Assembly (NCBI GenBank): GCA_030141605.1
Contig: JAQGDQ010000153.1
Span: 423,329-487,328 of the forward strand
Length of the DNA: 64,000 nucleotides
Direction: 5' to 3'
From: Tubiluchus corallicola
Taxonomy: Eukaryota; Animalia; Priapulida
The notes beneath the pieces are model-generated. The model was not told the DNA's origin. It saw only the letters and a program-made list of their open reading frames with translations, and made no database searches. Within the stretch, counting starts at the first letter, position 1; every line of letters begins with the position of its first letter. The position numbers were made by a program, and so were the translations under genes. Positions 26,721 through 41,600 of the stretch are shown here, in pieces.

Positions 26721-28308
26721 GTAAGTTTTTTTAACTACAGCGATGATAAAGTTTGAGAACAAAGAATTGGTATATGATTCAGATTCACTGGTAAATTTGT
26801 ATTTATTGCAAAATATTGATATTGCCTAAAACATTTACCCATCCTCTCCCTTTGCAGCATTTTTTGTCCAAGTTATTGCTATTGGCTTTAAAAGATCGTT
26901 CAAGCAAATGCGTTACTAAATCTACCATGTTGGATCTATCACAATCGAGATTAAAGGTCGGAATTTGAGGGTCACTTCGTTGTGTGCATAAACTTGAAGA
27001 GTACTCGATTTCCTACTCCAATTTCCTGTCTTAAGTCTCTAGAAAATTGACTTCCTGCGACATTATGCATTCCAAATAATCCTTGTTTTTTTGAGTGGTA
27101 TAAAAGCGTCTATATGACCAGCATAGCAGAACCTACTGGCCTCACAACTCGGGAAGCCAGATTTAAGGAGAGGCCCGTTGCTCAGCAAAGCCATTTCGCA
27201 CTTCTTAAACTTTCCTATAATCTGTAAGATTATAGGAAATCCGATTTTATGGATTTCGTAAAGAAGCTTTGATGTGGAAGTTCAAACAAGCAGCACATTA
27301 AGTTATTTTTAAGTGGGCATAAATTAAGCACTTTTTACTGTGACATGTTTGATGTAAATACATGTATATACAGCACTGTAACACAAGTGAATAGTGATTA
27401 ATCTCTATAGCAACTCTTGCTGTTGTTAGCATTGGCAATATAATTCGCTTTCACATAATTGAATAACCATCGGACTAGTCGATTCACTTATGGATTTTTT
27501 TCTTATTCTGTTAACAACTTGACAGAAAACTTGACCCCTCCTTAGTGAGTGGTTGGTGTATTGACAATATTTCTGCTGCCAGTGTTCCATATTGATGTAC
27601 AACTTTAGAAGCTTCTAGCGTGACACGGTTTTTAGGGAAATCACGAAAACTACGGGACACGAGAATTACATTTGCCGCCTAATTTGACGTGTTTGCGCGT
27701 CCATTACGAAACCTTGTAGAACAACATTCAGAGGTTTTATTCAAAACAAATGAATCATTGCCCGTGGATTTTTTTTCTCTAAGTTGAATTTTACTCTTTG
27801 CGCGTGGAATTTAGTTTTCTTGGAAATTTAGAATATCGAAAATGTTTCGCAACGCATAGATATACCCACGACAAGTTTCAAAAATCACTACAGAAAATTT
27901 CCCTACAGACCTGAAAAAATAGATAATACACACTCATGCTTACGATAACTATTTTGTTGAATTTCTGCGTTAAGTCTTTGTAATAGTCGCGAGGCGGATT
28001 TCGCTTTCGCGGATTGCGTTAATGCGTTAGAAGTAGCACCGAGTAGCACCCTAAATAAGTTTACAACTTTGTGGACGTAAAGGTTTGAGATGAATTAATA
28101 CGACACCAGTGAGCATCGTCCTACAGACGGTTACGTTTTAAAAAGGCAGGTTTGCTAAACTTCAAGCTCCTTGTTTCAGTACCTTGCTCGTCGTATGTTG
28201 TAAGAATAGGAATTGTGCCAGTTGCAACTGCCACGAATAAATCACAATACCATTTCTGTGGGATTTTGATTGTCGTAGAAAATTGTTTGTTCAGGGTATG
28301 AAATTTCT

Positions 28309-28363
28309 GATGATGATAATGATGATGGTGATGATGATAATGATGATGATGATAATGATGATA
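28309..28363. repeat. (GAT)n microsatellite
   Basis: Directly visible. Confidence 0.85.
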
Positions 28364-29449
28364 AATAATTAAAATATGGCAATTTATATAATTACTGGTT
28401 TACTTTCATTTTGCACGGCAGTACTTGTATGGATTTACACTTCTTATGTGTCTCGGAGAAAATGGAATCGATTGACAATTTTGTAGCCGTTGGTAAAATG
28501 ATGCTATCAAAATTCTGCGAAAATTCTAGAGAAAACCCCATTTAAGCTTTCGAATACATAATATGTGGCACAGACATCAGTTATTATATCTGAGATGGTT
28601 GTCTCACCACATAATTGTTTGAAAATGAATAACTGCAGTATATTTGGGAAACCGAGGATTAGATACCTTTTCGTCATTGTTTCTTGTATCTTTTCTACTG
28701 CCTTTCTCTTTTCCTTTCTGGTTTCAATTCCATCGTTTTTAGAGTTTTGTGAAATAAATAAACAAAAAAAATAAAATAAATACAAAAAACAGTAATGAAG
28801 AGTGGTTTAAAATGCAATGGTAAATAGGGCCAATGACACACACCCACACATTGAATGGACTGTCCAGCCCATTATACTGGCTCGTCCCTGGGCACATTCC
28901 AACCATCATCATCATCGTTGCCGTCGCCGTTGTCGTCGTCTCTTCGTTATCGTTGTCGACGTCAACAACATCATCATCGCCATCTTTTTCTTCTTCATGT
29001 TTATCATCATCTTCACTATCTCCATCATCATTTATTGCCATATGCTTTCCGAAGAATTAATCTATTTAAGAATCCGGATTGTTCATGTGATATGTGATCA
29101 CGTGACGTTTAAACGTTTTCGTCCATTTGCCCATTACCGTGTATGCAGTTAATTCGCAGTTTCGCTACATTAACTGCATCCAGTAATCACATTTACATAT
29201 ATAATTAGTTTTCATGTACGAGATTCACTGACATGGCACCGCAGGAAATACATTAGCGTTTATCCTAGCCATAATGCTTCAAGAAATGTACCTTGCACAA
29301 CCGAAATAACAAGCATAATTAAAATGCCAACGATGCCAACGCATTGTCCTATTGCGCCATAGAAGTCATGACGCGAAATACAGGTAAGCTTAAATATTTG
29401 GCACAACGACTTTGACTTAAATATAATTAAATATAGCTAGAATCCTTTT

Positions 29450-29650
29450 TGCTGCTGCTGCTGTAGTAGTAGTAGCAGCAGCAGCAGTAGTAATAGTAGT
29501 AGTAGTAGCAGCAGCAGCAACAGCATCTGTTGTTGTTGTTGTTTCTGTTGTTTTGTTGTTGTTGCTGCTGCTGCTGCTGCTGCTGTTGCTGTTGTTGTTG
29601 TTGGTGGTGGTTATGATGGTGATGGTGTTGGTGGTGTTGGTGTTGGTGGT
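29450..29650. repeat. Compound trinucleotide microsatellite (GCT/TAG/TTG/TGG), tail of fucosyltransferase copy A
   Basis: Same motif order as 48480-48620 read on the opposite strand. Confidence 0.9.
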
Positions 29651-29707
29651 TCACAGGCAAGGGATTCACTCGCTAGGTAAAAATGGTTCAGAACGAGGTT
29701 GCAGTCA

Positions 29708-30897
29708 TCACGGTGTTATGAAATTTTGTGCCTTTATGCAATTGCCTTACTTTACCCACCAGTTTTGTATATCGTAAGCTTTTGCTGGTTTACTGTGGTC
29801 ATTCAATTTTTCGCACAAATCACAGAGGTTTCGGTTTGGTTCTCTTGCTGTATAATAATTCTGTTTCCAAGGAAAATACAACTGTGTCATTTTTATGGAA
29901 ATACTACAGGTACTCATCAAGCTGTTTCGGTGAATCAAACCCTGTCGTATTGATTACTGAATGAGGGGGAGTTAGCTCAGTGTAATTTTCACCGCCTCTC
30001 ACCACAGGAATTACACCACTTGATCTTAGTCTATTAAACAACTTCTCTGTAACATGGTCACGACAACATAATTTTTCAAATGACAAAATTTTATAAAATT
30101 TGTGATCTCGTGAGGTCGCAATAAGAACGGTTTTTCGTACATGTCAGATTTGCCTCATATGTCAAGTGAAATGTATTTCTTTAATTTTATAACATACTCT
30201 ATACAACCAGTGCAATCGGTTTTACAGTTATTTACAAACCAGGCTATTAGTTTTGGCTTATTTCTAGCAAAATTTCTAGTAATCTCAACAATAGCTCAGG
30301 AAGTAAGATAACTTCTCCGCGTAAACGAGGAATATCAGAATCGAGGCGTCAAGTCATAGCTTGGTTAAAAAAATTATTCAAGTGCGATAAATTTGGATTT
30401 TTTCCGTTTGTGTGATGGAGATACATTCTGATTGGCGCTTCCCACAAAAAGAAAATCCATCTTTGTCCAGGTGTCGGTAAACTATGAAGGGAGCAATAAC
30501 GCTTGATGATAAATTTCTCATGTGTACAATAACCGCATCACTTTCATTCAAGCGAGATTTGTCATTAATTTTGTTGTGGCACAATTTCTGCCGAACTTGT
30601 GTGACGCATTTCAAAGGGCTTCTGCCTCTTCCAAAGCAATTCATCATTGTGAAGCTTATTCCAAAATAAAGCTAGTTTCCGCTTAGGTGAAATCGTTCAT
30701 TCGTCAGCAGTAGAGGTATTATAGCTTATTAAACTTTCTAAATGTTTTTTAAATCTTTTCACTTCCATTAATTGACAATTAACGTTCCTTAAGTCAAACA
30801 ATACCACTATTGTTAAAATGACTACAATTTTTTCCGTCTTAGTCACTTTAATTATTCCAAACAAACGTTTACGTATGCACATCACACATATGAACAT
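29708..30897 (-). pseudogene. Alpha-1,3-fucosyltransferase (GT10) pseudogene, copy A
   Basis: Intronless, with frameshifts and stops. Motifs SDAVIVHMR, PGQRWIFFLWEAP, FNQAMT*RLDSDIP, AWFVNNC, YK..SFEKLCCRDHVTEKLFN (degenerate FEN..DYVTEK), IPVVRGGENY..PPHSVIN, SPKQLDEYL, LCDLCEKL, NWW. Confidence 0.9.
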
Positions 30898-33629
30898 TTT
30901 ATGCGTCTATATGCTTTTAGTTTTACTGAAAAGTCTGAATCGCACTTTACGCGAAGCTGCCTATAATAAATTTTAGCAAAGCTATACCTGTATATGTTTA
31001 AAGTAAGGGCCAGGCCGAGTCCTTCAGGCGTTCTAAATAACACTGACTCAACAAGGTACTGACAATTTAGGCTGTATAGCCGAAAAAGTCTAATAGGTAA
31101 CACAGAGTGTGTTTTTTGGAAAGTTGTGGCTATAGATTTGCTTGGAGATTCATCTCTCTCAGAAACTTTTATGTAATTACTGAGGGGCTGTTGCCTTTCA
31201 CTAGAGCAAAAAAAAAATCTGCTAGTTAAAAATGAATTGGAAACCGCGAGAGTTCTTGTTCAGTGTTAATAAATTATCTATTCAATTATCAATTAATTAT
31301 CAGTTAATAAATTATCTAAGTATCAGTGTAACACGCAGAATACTTTTCATTCTCTGTGGTGCTCAAATTCTTCAATGAAATCTTTCTCAAAAATAGAAGA
31401 GAGGTATTGTACCCGAATTGCTGTTTTAGTATACAGAATGTTCAATTAATACGCAGAATAGTTGATCCATATTCAAGCACCTCTGTGTGTCCTGTGCCCG
31501 ATGTTACTTCACAACAATAACTTCCCATAGATGAGAACAAATTTCTGACAGTCCACTCGCTATAATGTTTCGCTATACCCAACACAAGACGGCTGTGTTC
31601 AACTAGCTTCACTAACCACCAAGCACACTATCACTACACAACCACCTATCTCATGCGTCATAAGCCACACTTTCTATCAAATCTAGAACATCATTCACAG
31701 TAATTTGTTAGCAGCTTGAGGAGAGGGATATTGTCAGCTCTAAGTTGTAGTTACGAATGACAGGCCTGAGAAATGTATAACACCTGGAGCATGCGAAGAA
31801 ACTTCTTATGGCGCGTATATGCTAATATCTGATAAAAATCTTCATTTTTGTTTGAAGGCCTATCACTAGCTAATTACTAAGTTGTGACATGACGCAGCAG
31901 AAAACGCAAACCAAGTTTGTTATGAAATAATGAAAGTACCTACCTGGTTACCAGAAATAATAAGTAGGTTAATGTAATAACAACAATTAATACACAACAG
32001 TAATAATTAATCTAATCTAATCAATTATAACACTAATGAACGCTGTCTTATGATACATCAAAACGTCCAGCATCCGGCTTCCAGCGTCCAGAGCGTCCGG
32101 CTGCTAGCTCCCTCGTCTAGCGTCTAGAATTCACAGGTTAACAACAAAACGGATGGCGTCCATGTTTTTCGCAGAAAAACAAAATTGACGATATTAAACT
32201 TATTTTTGCAATCCATTCTTTTTACTCCATTTTCTGTAATAATTCGCAGACCCATTCATCATTGGCTGGTAGAGGTTTCCAGGGGCTGGCTCACAGGGTT
32301 AAGTGCTAAAATGTTTGGTTTCGTCACCTATTGGCCATTGATAACACGTATATATGTTCTTTCTCGCTTCCAGACACTGGACACATCATAGGCGTACTAG
32401 ACTGTAAATATCACAGCATGAAAACAGACGAAAAAATTTTGGCACCCACATAGCAAAATGACAATTGATAAGTAACTTACACAAATAATTTTAAACCTAC
32501 TTGTCTAGTTTAAAAAAACTGGTAAACTGTTAACAGCTTATCCTGGTTTTCGTTAAGTTCAACATGATTATAATTGCAGTAAGAGGCCGAAGAATAAAAA
32601 GGATTCTTTCAAGCTGATAAAAACAGCGATTTCCCTGTTTAAAGAAGTCTAAAGCAGAAGTACGATAAGATTATCAATATACCTATTATCAAAAATAAAG
32701 TTGAACCAGGTACTTCTGAGCGTTGCAGGTAATGTTTTATCGTGGCTCCTAATAAGAAGGGATAACTAACGTGTTCCAAACACAACTCTGGTGAATCGAA
32801 GCACTTCTATTATGTAGTCTGTTGTGAGCTTTTATATCTTTTAGCCACAAAAGCCTGGTGACTTTTTGGAGATTACTTTCTCTATGTCGCTAGTAACTCC
32901 CATTGCGTTAAGCCTAAATATCAGAACAAAACACCACACAAATTTGGTAAAAGCACTGTCCCTCGATACAAACCCTCATTTAGTGAAAATTTCTTTTTGC
33001 CAGTTCGAGCGGAAGCATTATAAAGGCTTCTTAGCGCCCCTTCGTTGCGGCTTAATGACACGGTTGTGCGGTACGTAGTGTAACGTTTTACCTGTTGTCG
33101 ATGCTGGGGTAACTTAAGGATTTTAGGGAACTTTATGGATTCTAATCAAATATATAAAAAGATTGCAGCCAGTATAGCTTATCTACGCCAAGTTAAAGGA
33201 AAACTGACAAAACACACAAAAATTCTCATACAGGTTTAGGTTCCACAGTATAAGTTTCACAGTAAAATAATAGAATATCATTGCAGCTATTTGACCGTCT
33301 ATGGAGGCGGTCTGCTGTGTTTACTCGATGCAGTAGAATCAACAATATTTGAATCTGTGCTAATGAAGCCAAATATTAATGGAGGAATGGATAATACTAT
33401 GTTGATAACAGCTGCGACAGCCTGCACTGACACTGTAGTTTTGCTCCAAGGAAACAAATTTAGTATAAGTCGCAAATGATCACAATAATGACCTCAAAGC
33501 AACCGTAGAGATAAGTTTCAAGCATTTTTGATTAATCCGTGCAAATCTGCTCTCAGCGCCGTATTATACTGCAATCGTATTATAATAACTGATAGTAGTT
33601 TTCACAATTAGAAACAACGAAGAGATTTC

Positions 33630-34145
33630 TGAACAAAGAGTCAAGCTGCTTGGTTCTTGAAGAGTTAAACATGAAGCCGTCTTTTGATACTCATCTCTAA
33701 TATTTGTAAATTAGCAGCCAGACAAGTAAATGTCCTCTGCCTGCTTAGCCCATATCTAGACACCTAAACAAAACTGCAAATACTCCATTTCTTCATTTCA
33801 TCATATTTTATTTTCTGTTCTCTGGTCTGGCATTTCTGCTCTATCTCTGACACTAGGAAGATGGAAAACATTTAAGAAAGGATGCTTCGTTTTCTGTTCA
33901 AGTATTTTCAAAGTCAATACGAGGTGCTTCTATATCGTGCTAGTCTCTCCACGTTGCTTGTGTTGAGGTTGAGATTTATAGCTAAAGCAACATATAAACT
34001 AGTCAATAAACATGGACCACTTTACCTACATAATCTGCTTACACAATATCCTTGTAACCGTGTCATAAGAACAAGAAATAATCCTTTAATTCCATGTTTC
34101 ACAACAGAAACCTTTGGAAAAGAAAACTTGCGGCATAGCGCTAAA
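33630..34145 (+). mobile_element. CR1/L2-group LINE RT C-terminal remnant
   Basis: VKLLG...AARQVNVL...FCSLVWHFC...KMENI*ERMLRF...LSTL...YKLVNKHGPLYLHNL...FGKENLR. Confidence 0.75.
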
Positions 34146-35257
34146 CGCAGAACTAGGCGAATTCTTACATCCAGAGAATCAGAGGCACAGCCAAAGAAAC
34201 AGAAACGCTCAGCAGCAAGGATAGCACAGAAACAATGGCAGTTCAAGAGTTAGAAAGGGATGTGCAGTTTCTCATGCTGGAAAATAGATTGACGAGAAAA
34301 ATGAAAGTCCCTGTGACAATTGCATAATGTAACAAAGGCACTGGCAGTCAAATATAGTACCTAGCTGCAAGGATTAGCACAACTGAAACAAAATAGGCGA
34401 TATGCAAAACAACGAAAGCGTAACCAACTCGATCCGGGACATTTTCCAAGTATAATATAGTACTTTTTTAAAAAATTTTTACAATAAATTTGAAACAAAT
34501 AAAGCAACATATGAAACTTCAAGAGCACGCAAACTTGCAACATCAGAAGGAACACTGTAATTAATGTCTGTACATACACTTTTAAGGCAGTTGATCAGTG
34601 CGACTAAATCTAGTATTGACAGTCTTTCGAAGATTAACTCTTGCAGTTTAAAAGCTGGTTTAAAGGGTTTTAGATCCAAATACTGTAGTTAACATAGGCA
34701 GTTTTCATTTGGATTGAGCAGGTATTGTTGCAAGCCAAACGGTGAAAGCTTGAATACACCTTCTGGTTACAACGTTCTTAAATGCCTATGATTTTTTAGT
34801 TTGCCAACTTGCTCCCTGATTGCAGCATTATGCGAGGGTAAGTAAAATAACGGAGCCAAACTTAGACTTAATTTTCAAATTTACATATTAATGTCATCGT
34901 GCTTCTCTAATTTCAGCCTATAACGAACATTTATGCGAAGTACAAACCAATGCTCTCTAACCTAGCAAGTTAAAGGTGCAAAATGTCATTATAAATTTAT
35001 GTAGGGCCTACTTTTTCATAATCCCATTGGCAAAAATACTTTTTATAAAGCCGCTGACAGTCCAACAGTTCTAACACGTATCAAATTATAATCAATAAAC
35101 TTAAAGGAGAAGAAACGGCAATTTTAAATCGTTCTCAAAAAGCTTTCCATACAAGTTATATTAGTTTGCGTTACGCTATACCTGTTTGGAAGATTTTTGT
35201 AACTAGAAAAGAAATTTCTTAGTATTTTAAAATGTTCGCGCTAATAGGCAAAACATT

Positions 35258-35450
35258 ACTGACTCACCCTTCAGACTGTGCACCACTGACTCACCTTCAG
35301 ATTGTGCACCACTGACTCACCTTCAGATTGTGCACCACTGACTCACCTTCAGACTGTGCACCACTGACTCACCTTCAGACTGTGCACCACTGACTCACCT
35401 TCAGACTGTGCACCACTGACTCACCTTCAGACTGTGCACCACTGACTCAC
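35258..35450. repeat. 26-bp minisatellite ACTGACTCACCTTCAGAYTGTGCACC, ~7.4 copies
   Basis: Head-to-tail units with no spacers. Confidence 0.95.
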
Positions 35451-37688
35451 TAAATACGTTATTATTAATCTTATTGACAGGATAAAGTAACTTATACTTC
35501 TGTTTAAATAGTAAAGTGTGCGTAACCAATGCTCTGATTATTTTCACAAACTGTACGCAATGTTATTTAAACTTGTTTCAAACGACCTAACTAGCATGAA
35601 AATGGCTGCGCCTAACGGTCATCAAGGAAGATTGAATTTCTAGTTTTATGCAGCGTTGTCGCAAGACAAGCGATGTGCCCAATAAGACAGTAAGTAGTTG
35701 ATACAAAATTTCAAGACGATTTTTTTGCTTTATGTAAGTAAAGGATTTTCTTGTCTTTTAATCTCACAGAAATCACGTTACTGGTGTATATACACAAGAA
35801 AGCTGCCCTACAAGCTGCTTCCAAGATCCTCAACTATACGGTCAATCATTCTAAGTGTATGTAAACTCCATATTAGTGAATTAGACTAAATTTGAAGAGG
35901 TTGCCAAAGGTCAACATCTTGGTGTAATTTCTTCTGCCATCAGTCGCAATCTGATTTCTGCTTATAGCATGGCCTTGTGCGTCTACTGGCAAATCTCTTG
36001 AATAAATACCAGCTTATGTGTGAAGGTTTTCTTTGACACGCGCGATGCACAAAAGATCTCATTTTCTAACTTAAAGTTCTATCATCTTGCGTAGGATTAA
36101 TGTATGGAAGCCTCATCGGAGTATCCAAATATCAAGCTACTTAATTAAGCGAACGCTTTCTTGGGAAAACGTTTACACAGTTCAGGTTTATAGCTATAAT
36201 CAAGTGGTATTTATTGCCGATATATCTGATGAACGAACCAATGAATAATGGATAAGAAACACTGAAGCAACAATCAAACGGCGATGGAGCTGATTCCTGC
36301 CGAGCCGTAACGCGGGCGAAGAAAACAAATTGACTGGAACGTTCAGCAAATTAATTAATTGATTAACTGACACAATGAAAATATATATCTTTATAGCAAA
36401 AATTGTACAATGGTGCAGAGTAAAACAAGTTACATCTTACGTAAAAATCAGATAGACTCACACATTGTGTAATTGTGTCAATTATTCTAATTTAAAAATC
36501 ATAAAAATAAAAACATTAAAATACTACATTACGTATCTACACATCTATATGCATGTTGACATAATTGTATACGTGATGACAAATAGAAAATTATGCGAAG
36601 TAATAAGATAATACGATAAATGCGCATTAGCACAACCTATACCGAAAAACTCAATCAATAGAAAGAGTAGTGTCTTGGCTTCTGGTTTTTCTTATTTACT
36701 TGTTCCTATTGTAATATAGGCGTATAGTCTTTCTAACAGTTATACAGCGTTAAGCCTGCTGATGTCCGAGTGACAATATGTCATACTTAAAATTAATATA
36801 TAGTCTAATATATTGGTGATTAGACGTAAACATTGTTGTAGTTTCCTGCTGGCTAGTTCCTATACTCATGATCTTGAAATATCTGTTTTGGAACTGGTTA
36901 TGTTTGCATATTGTACACTTTGAATTATAGTGAGCTGTATAAGGTTGGTCGGGGTCCGTTTCCGCAAGTTCTTCAACTGCCTCTGGTACAAGAGTAATAC
37001 AAAATGAGAATGTAGAATGCCTCGGTATGCATATTTCTTTTTTTGGCTGGCGAATTTGGTGCTCTCTCTCTCTCTATATATATATATATTCCCCTGCTCG
37101 TGTGTCCTCATCGACGAGTAGAAACGGTAGCGCGATATCATTTTTTGTTATCTATTAGTTTTTATAGCTTAAAATTATATGTATTATGAAGGCGTTTAAC
37201 AAGGTTTTATATCAGGTACGGCACGTACGCATCTGTAACTCTAGTTGCGTTTTCTCAGGAATATTTATGGAAATATTTTAAGAGTGAAGAAACTTTTATT
37301 TCGCAGCCGACAATTTCCGGAAATTTAATTATGTTCTCCCATTCTTTTCATCCACTGTCGTTCACTTAAAATTTTCATTGATTTATTTATACAATCAAAG
37401 TAGTGATTTAGTTGGTTATTCTCAGCATTTGAATTACGCTCTTTTAATTTAACATTTTTGTTTAAGCTTTTAATAGCTGCAAAACTATAACGTGTAACTG
37501 GAGCCACTCATCGTTATTTTTCTCATTACCGTCTGTTAATTGCCTGAATTCTTTGTGAGTAATTGGTTTAGTCATTTTCATTGCTGAAGCCTATAATTGC
37601 CTTAATACGTTAGCGGTTTTATATATGTTGCTGTGTCAGTAAATTAGTTGTTTTTAGCATTATTAGAGAGAGCAATTCATTTTATATA

Positions 37689-38650
37689 CCGTAAAACGGG
37701 GTGAGTTCGCCACTTTTTAGGGGTATTTTTTACGTTTCCTGCCATAGCAAGAGAATTACCCAACCGATTTTCTTAGTTCAAGCTTTATATTGCCTTTCGA
37801 ATGAAACACTATCGTGGGGTGAAGTCGCCACTAACAATTTAACACTGTTTAATGCCATTCTAGGCAGCTGAAGTTAACTGGTTGTGGTTGTTTGGTTGGG
37901 GGTGAGTTCGCCACCCTATGAAAAAATTATGAAAAATGTCTAGTTTTAGTTTTCAAATAGAAACTTCTACGTTGGCAAGGAAGGCTTGAACGTCTTGTGC
38001 ACTGATCTTATCGCGGGCGCCCTTGGTGTTGCCAGCCACTCTGAAAACCAGATTGTTCCTTCGGGCGAATGATTTGACAAAGTCTATTCCAGGGGTGTTT
38101 GCCTTGAATCGTCGTTCCTGGATTCCCTTCGCGTCAAGAACACTCTTAATCAGTAGTCGGAGATTGGTGGCAGTCATTGGGAACCCCCACTCAGCGGCCA
38201 CTTGGAGTGTTGGCGATTTCGTGCTCCTCGGCGGCGGAGAACACTGGCTGACCTCCGGTCTTCCGCGGATGACTTCCTGAGAGTTTATCAGAAAGGGTCT
38301 TTCTTGGAACTCCGAATTGCCTCGCCTCTGCGCTGATTGTCCTGTTGGTATTCTTGACGGCATGTAGGGCAGCTTCCAGAGCTTCTGGGGTATAATTTTG
38401 GTATCTATGACAGAGGGTGCAGTCGGTACAGGGGTGCAGGTGCGTGGCATGTTAAGTAGTAAGAAATAGTAGACAAATAATATGTAGCGCAGAATGGAAT
38501 ACTTCTAGTGCGAATTGAAAGAAGATAACTGTCGCAAACTGTTTATAATGACGGTGATCATGATATCTGTTCATTAAACACTGAACAATAGTTACAGCAA
38601 ACCTACAATGGCCATTATGTAGGGGGTGGCGAACTCACCCCGTTTTACGG
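37689..38650 (-). mobile_element. pogo/Tigger-like (Tc1/mariner superfamily) transposon, internally deleted
   Basis: 25-bp perfect TIR CCGTAAAACGGGGTGAGTTCGCCAC; TA on both sides; subterminal copies of the motif at ~37816 and ~37898; frameshifted HTH-psq (YTPEALEAAL..ARQFGVPRKTLSDKL) and CENP-B HTH (AEWGFPMT..FVKSFARRN); no DDE domain. Confidence 0.92.
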
Positions 38651-41600
38651 TACTATAGTTTATTGTTAAGCATTTGCAGTATAAAGCTAGATTTGTTACA
38701 GAGCGTGTTAATAATAAAAATAGCACACTATTTTTATATAATTATACAGTTACAAAATGCCAAAAATTTTGGCATATACTTAGTTCATCGAAATCGTGTT
38801 TAAAAAATACAAATTAAATGAGAAGAAATCACAATTTGCATGGAAAGACTTTGCTGAAAATTGTACAAACAATACGGCACAAAGTTTTACGCTCAATTTT
38901 GAAATTGCTTAAAACAACAAAATTCTAAAGGCAGCTATACATGATTTTCTCAAAGCGTCTGCTTTTCTGATATTCTGATTATTAAACGCCCAAATAGCGG
39001 CAAGGCATATCCATTCGCCGAAAAGGTATAGATATTCCCGCGTTTTTAATGTTTTTTAAACAACAACAACAACAACCAAAGCCGTAGCCACGGCAACAAT
39101 ATAAGCAATATCGGCAACTGTCGTAGTTTGTAAGGATTACTCAACAAAGCTCAATCACGCTACTCACTACACAAATATGGCTACCTTGTCAAACAGTGTT
39201 CTATTCAAATTATCAGTAAATCGGTTGAATAAAGAGAGACTGAAGATGTTCTGTACTTGCGATTTAATCGAATTTCTTTGCGTGCAACATTCCTACTGGT
39301 AAGCTAAAATACTTTCTTTCACGATGTATTTTTGTTGATTCGTTTAATCAAGAATCCAGATATGAAATCAATGTGTGCGCATTCGAGTGCTTTTTAGCCG
39401 ACCCAATGAACTGCTTGTGTAGTTAATTATTTGCTATTGTAACATTTTTCCTTCTGAGAATAATCAACACAATATCGCCCTGAAAATTTAAAGAAAACAC
39501 CAACAGCCACAGTAAATTAATTCGAAAGATTTGGGGCTTTTAGTGATTCGCTTGGCTATATTGTAGAGAGCTGAAATTGTCAGGGCCAGGAGCCTCTCAA
39601 AGATTTTTACATTGACCATGATGTGATGATGACAGTGGCGTTGGCGGTAAGGCGACGACGAGCATAATTAAAATTTCAGAAACGTTTTTTTCATAAATAA
39701 TGATGACAACAGCAACATGGACAATCTGTTTTCTGAGGATAACAACAGCGACAATTTCGCCGTTGGTGGCAGTGATTGCGACAAGAGCAGCTGTGGCGAC
39801 AATGGTAGCGCCATCATACTTTCTATTAACATAAATTTTAATTATTGCTGGCAACTCATACACTGAAATGCTTTAAATTTTACGATTTATTTCAGCCGAA
39901 ACAATATAGTAATTTATTTAGCGTTGTAAGTGTTTAAATAATAATTACTTTGCAGCTCTAAACAACAAACTCGCTAGCCTGCTGTTCAAGGCAATTAGTG
40001 GGGATTATAATGCTTAAAGGTACTTTAAATTCAAAATTATTACCATAGGCCTAAGTTCAAACTTTCAATGGCCTGAAATAATTTTAAGAACGGAAAAAAT
40101 TGCGTGTGGTTAAACCAGAATTTGAAGCGAGAACTTTTCAGATATGTGATTTTAGGTTCTCATTTTCGTTGTTTTTTGTTCGAGTGCTTCGACCAAATAG
40201 CTTTCCCTCTGGTTATTGCTGTTGCCGTCGTTGTAGTTGGGGGTATGATCTTTTTGAAAAATGCCCGAGACTCCGTAAATTCGCAAATGGATCGTCACAG
40301 GAACTTAACAGGAATATATTAGAATGAATTCTACATCGTGTAACGGAGTAAGACTTTTGATCTACCATTTTCTACTCAAAATGGCGGCGAGTACATTATT
40401 TTCGGAAAAAAACTAATTTCTTTGTGCAACAGATCGTCATGAAACTTTATAGAATGTACTAGGACGAATTCCGCGTCGATTGTTAGGATTGAATCTTTCA
40501 TTTATGTTTTATTCCAGAACCGACGTTAACCGGCATCAAGAACTACCATTAAAATTAAAGCATCTAAAATTAAGGATCGCGTCTGCAGATTTATACTTTG
40601 ATGAAATGCTAGTCTTGAACACTAGGTTTGAAATACAACAATAGATTATAGATACGATTTAATTCTGCAAATGTTTGACACAAGCATTCAAGCACAACAA
40701 GGGTTCTGTTTAGATTTAGCTGAACCAAAAGTCCAAAATGATTTGGGATGGTGTTCATTTCATCGCCAGATTGGTACTAGAATTTCTGTCGTTTTGCTAT
40801 TCCTAAAAATGGAAAGGAAGTTAGATGTTTTATGTTTTTATGACGTGTTTCTGATTAAGTCACAGATCATTATGGAATATATGCATACAAGGAAAAGCAC
40901 TCCGTTTCGTCAGAACGCAGGTATAGGTTACACGAAGAAAAAGTTTGAGCTGTTAATAATATGGAGACGGATATATAACAAGGCGGTATTTTGTGATGCT
41001 TATGTGGAATACCTTCATGCAATATTTATCAAGCAGAATTTTACCTTTCACAAATCCTTGTACGTTTTCCAAACATATGTCGACTTCGAATAGTACGGGC
41101 AGGTGAGGTAACTGTTTTAATTAGAAATTTGTCGGCTTTTATCGATGTAAAGACGTTTGGTGAAAGAAGACGACTCAGCGTTCACTGTAACAAAACCTGC
41201 CTTACGAAAGAACAGTGCAACTATCACTGATGGTTTAAGAAACTGTGTTTTAATTTCTCTTTTTATAGGAAAGATGGCGTTTAAGAGAAGAACTTTAGAA
41301 TGCTATAAAAGCCTATGTGAATTAATCACAGCGAGCACAAAGTTAACACGTTAGTTGTTGATCCACCTGTGAGATAGGAAATATTCTTAAATGAGAACAC
41401 TACTGGTTAAAGCCAATCTAAAGGCATGACTACATATCACGCTTATGCTTTGATTTTGTCATTAATAACAATTTTTATAATGTTTACAGAAAAAATCTTA
41501 AATTCATTCTTTATAAATAAACGCTAATTCATATTTAGCTGAAACAAGATTGATTGTCTGACCTTCGCTAGAAAAATGTATGTATTTTTAAATTTTAATA

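Noticed and set aside
28739-29777. Poly-Q/H/L and acidic ORFs
   Set aside because: Trinucleotide low-complexity DNA that is open in several frames; no domain or splice support.
29708-30897. Functional or intron-containing fucosyltransferase gene
   Set aside because: Stops and frameshifts fall inside conserved motifs, with no GT-AG introns to remove them.
35258-35450. CRISPR-like 26-bp repeats
   Set aside because: Pure tandem array without spacers.
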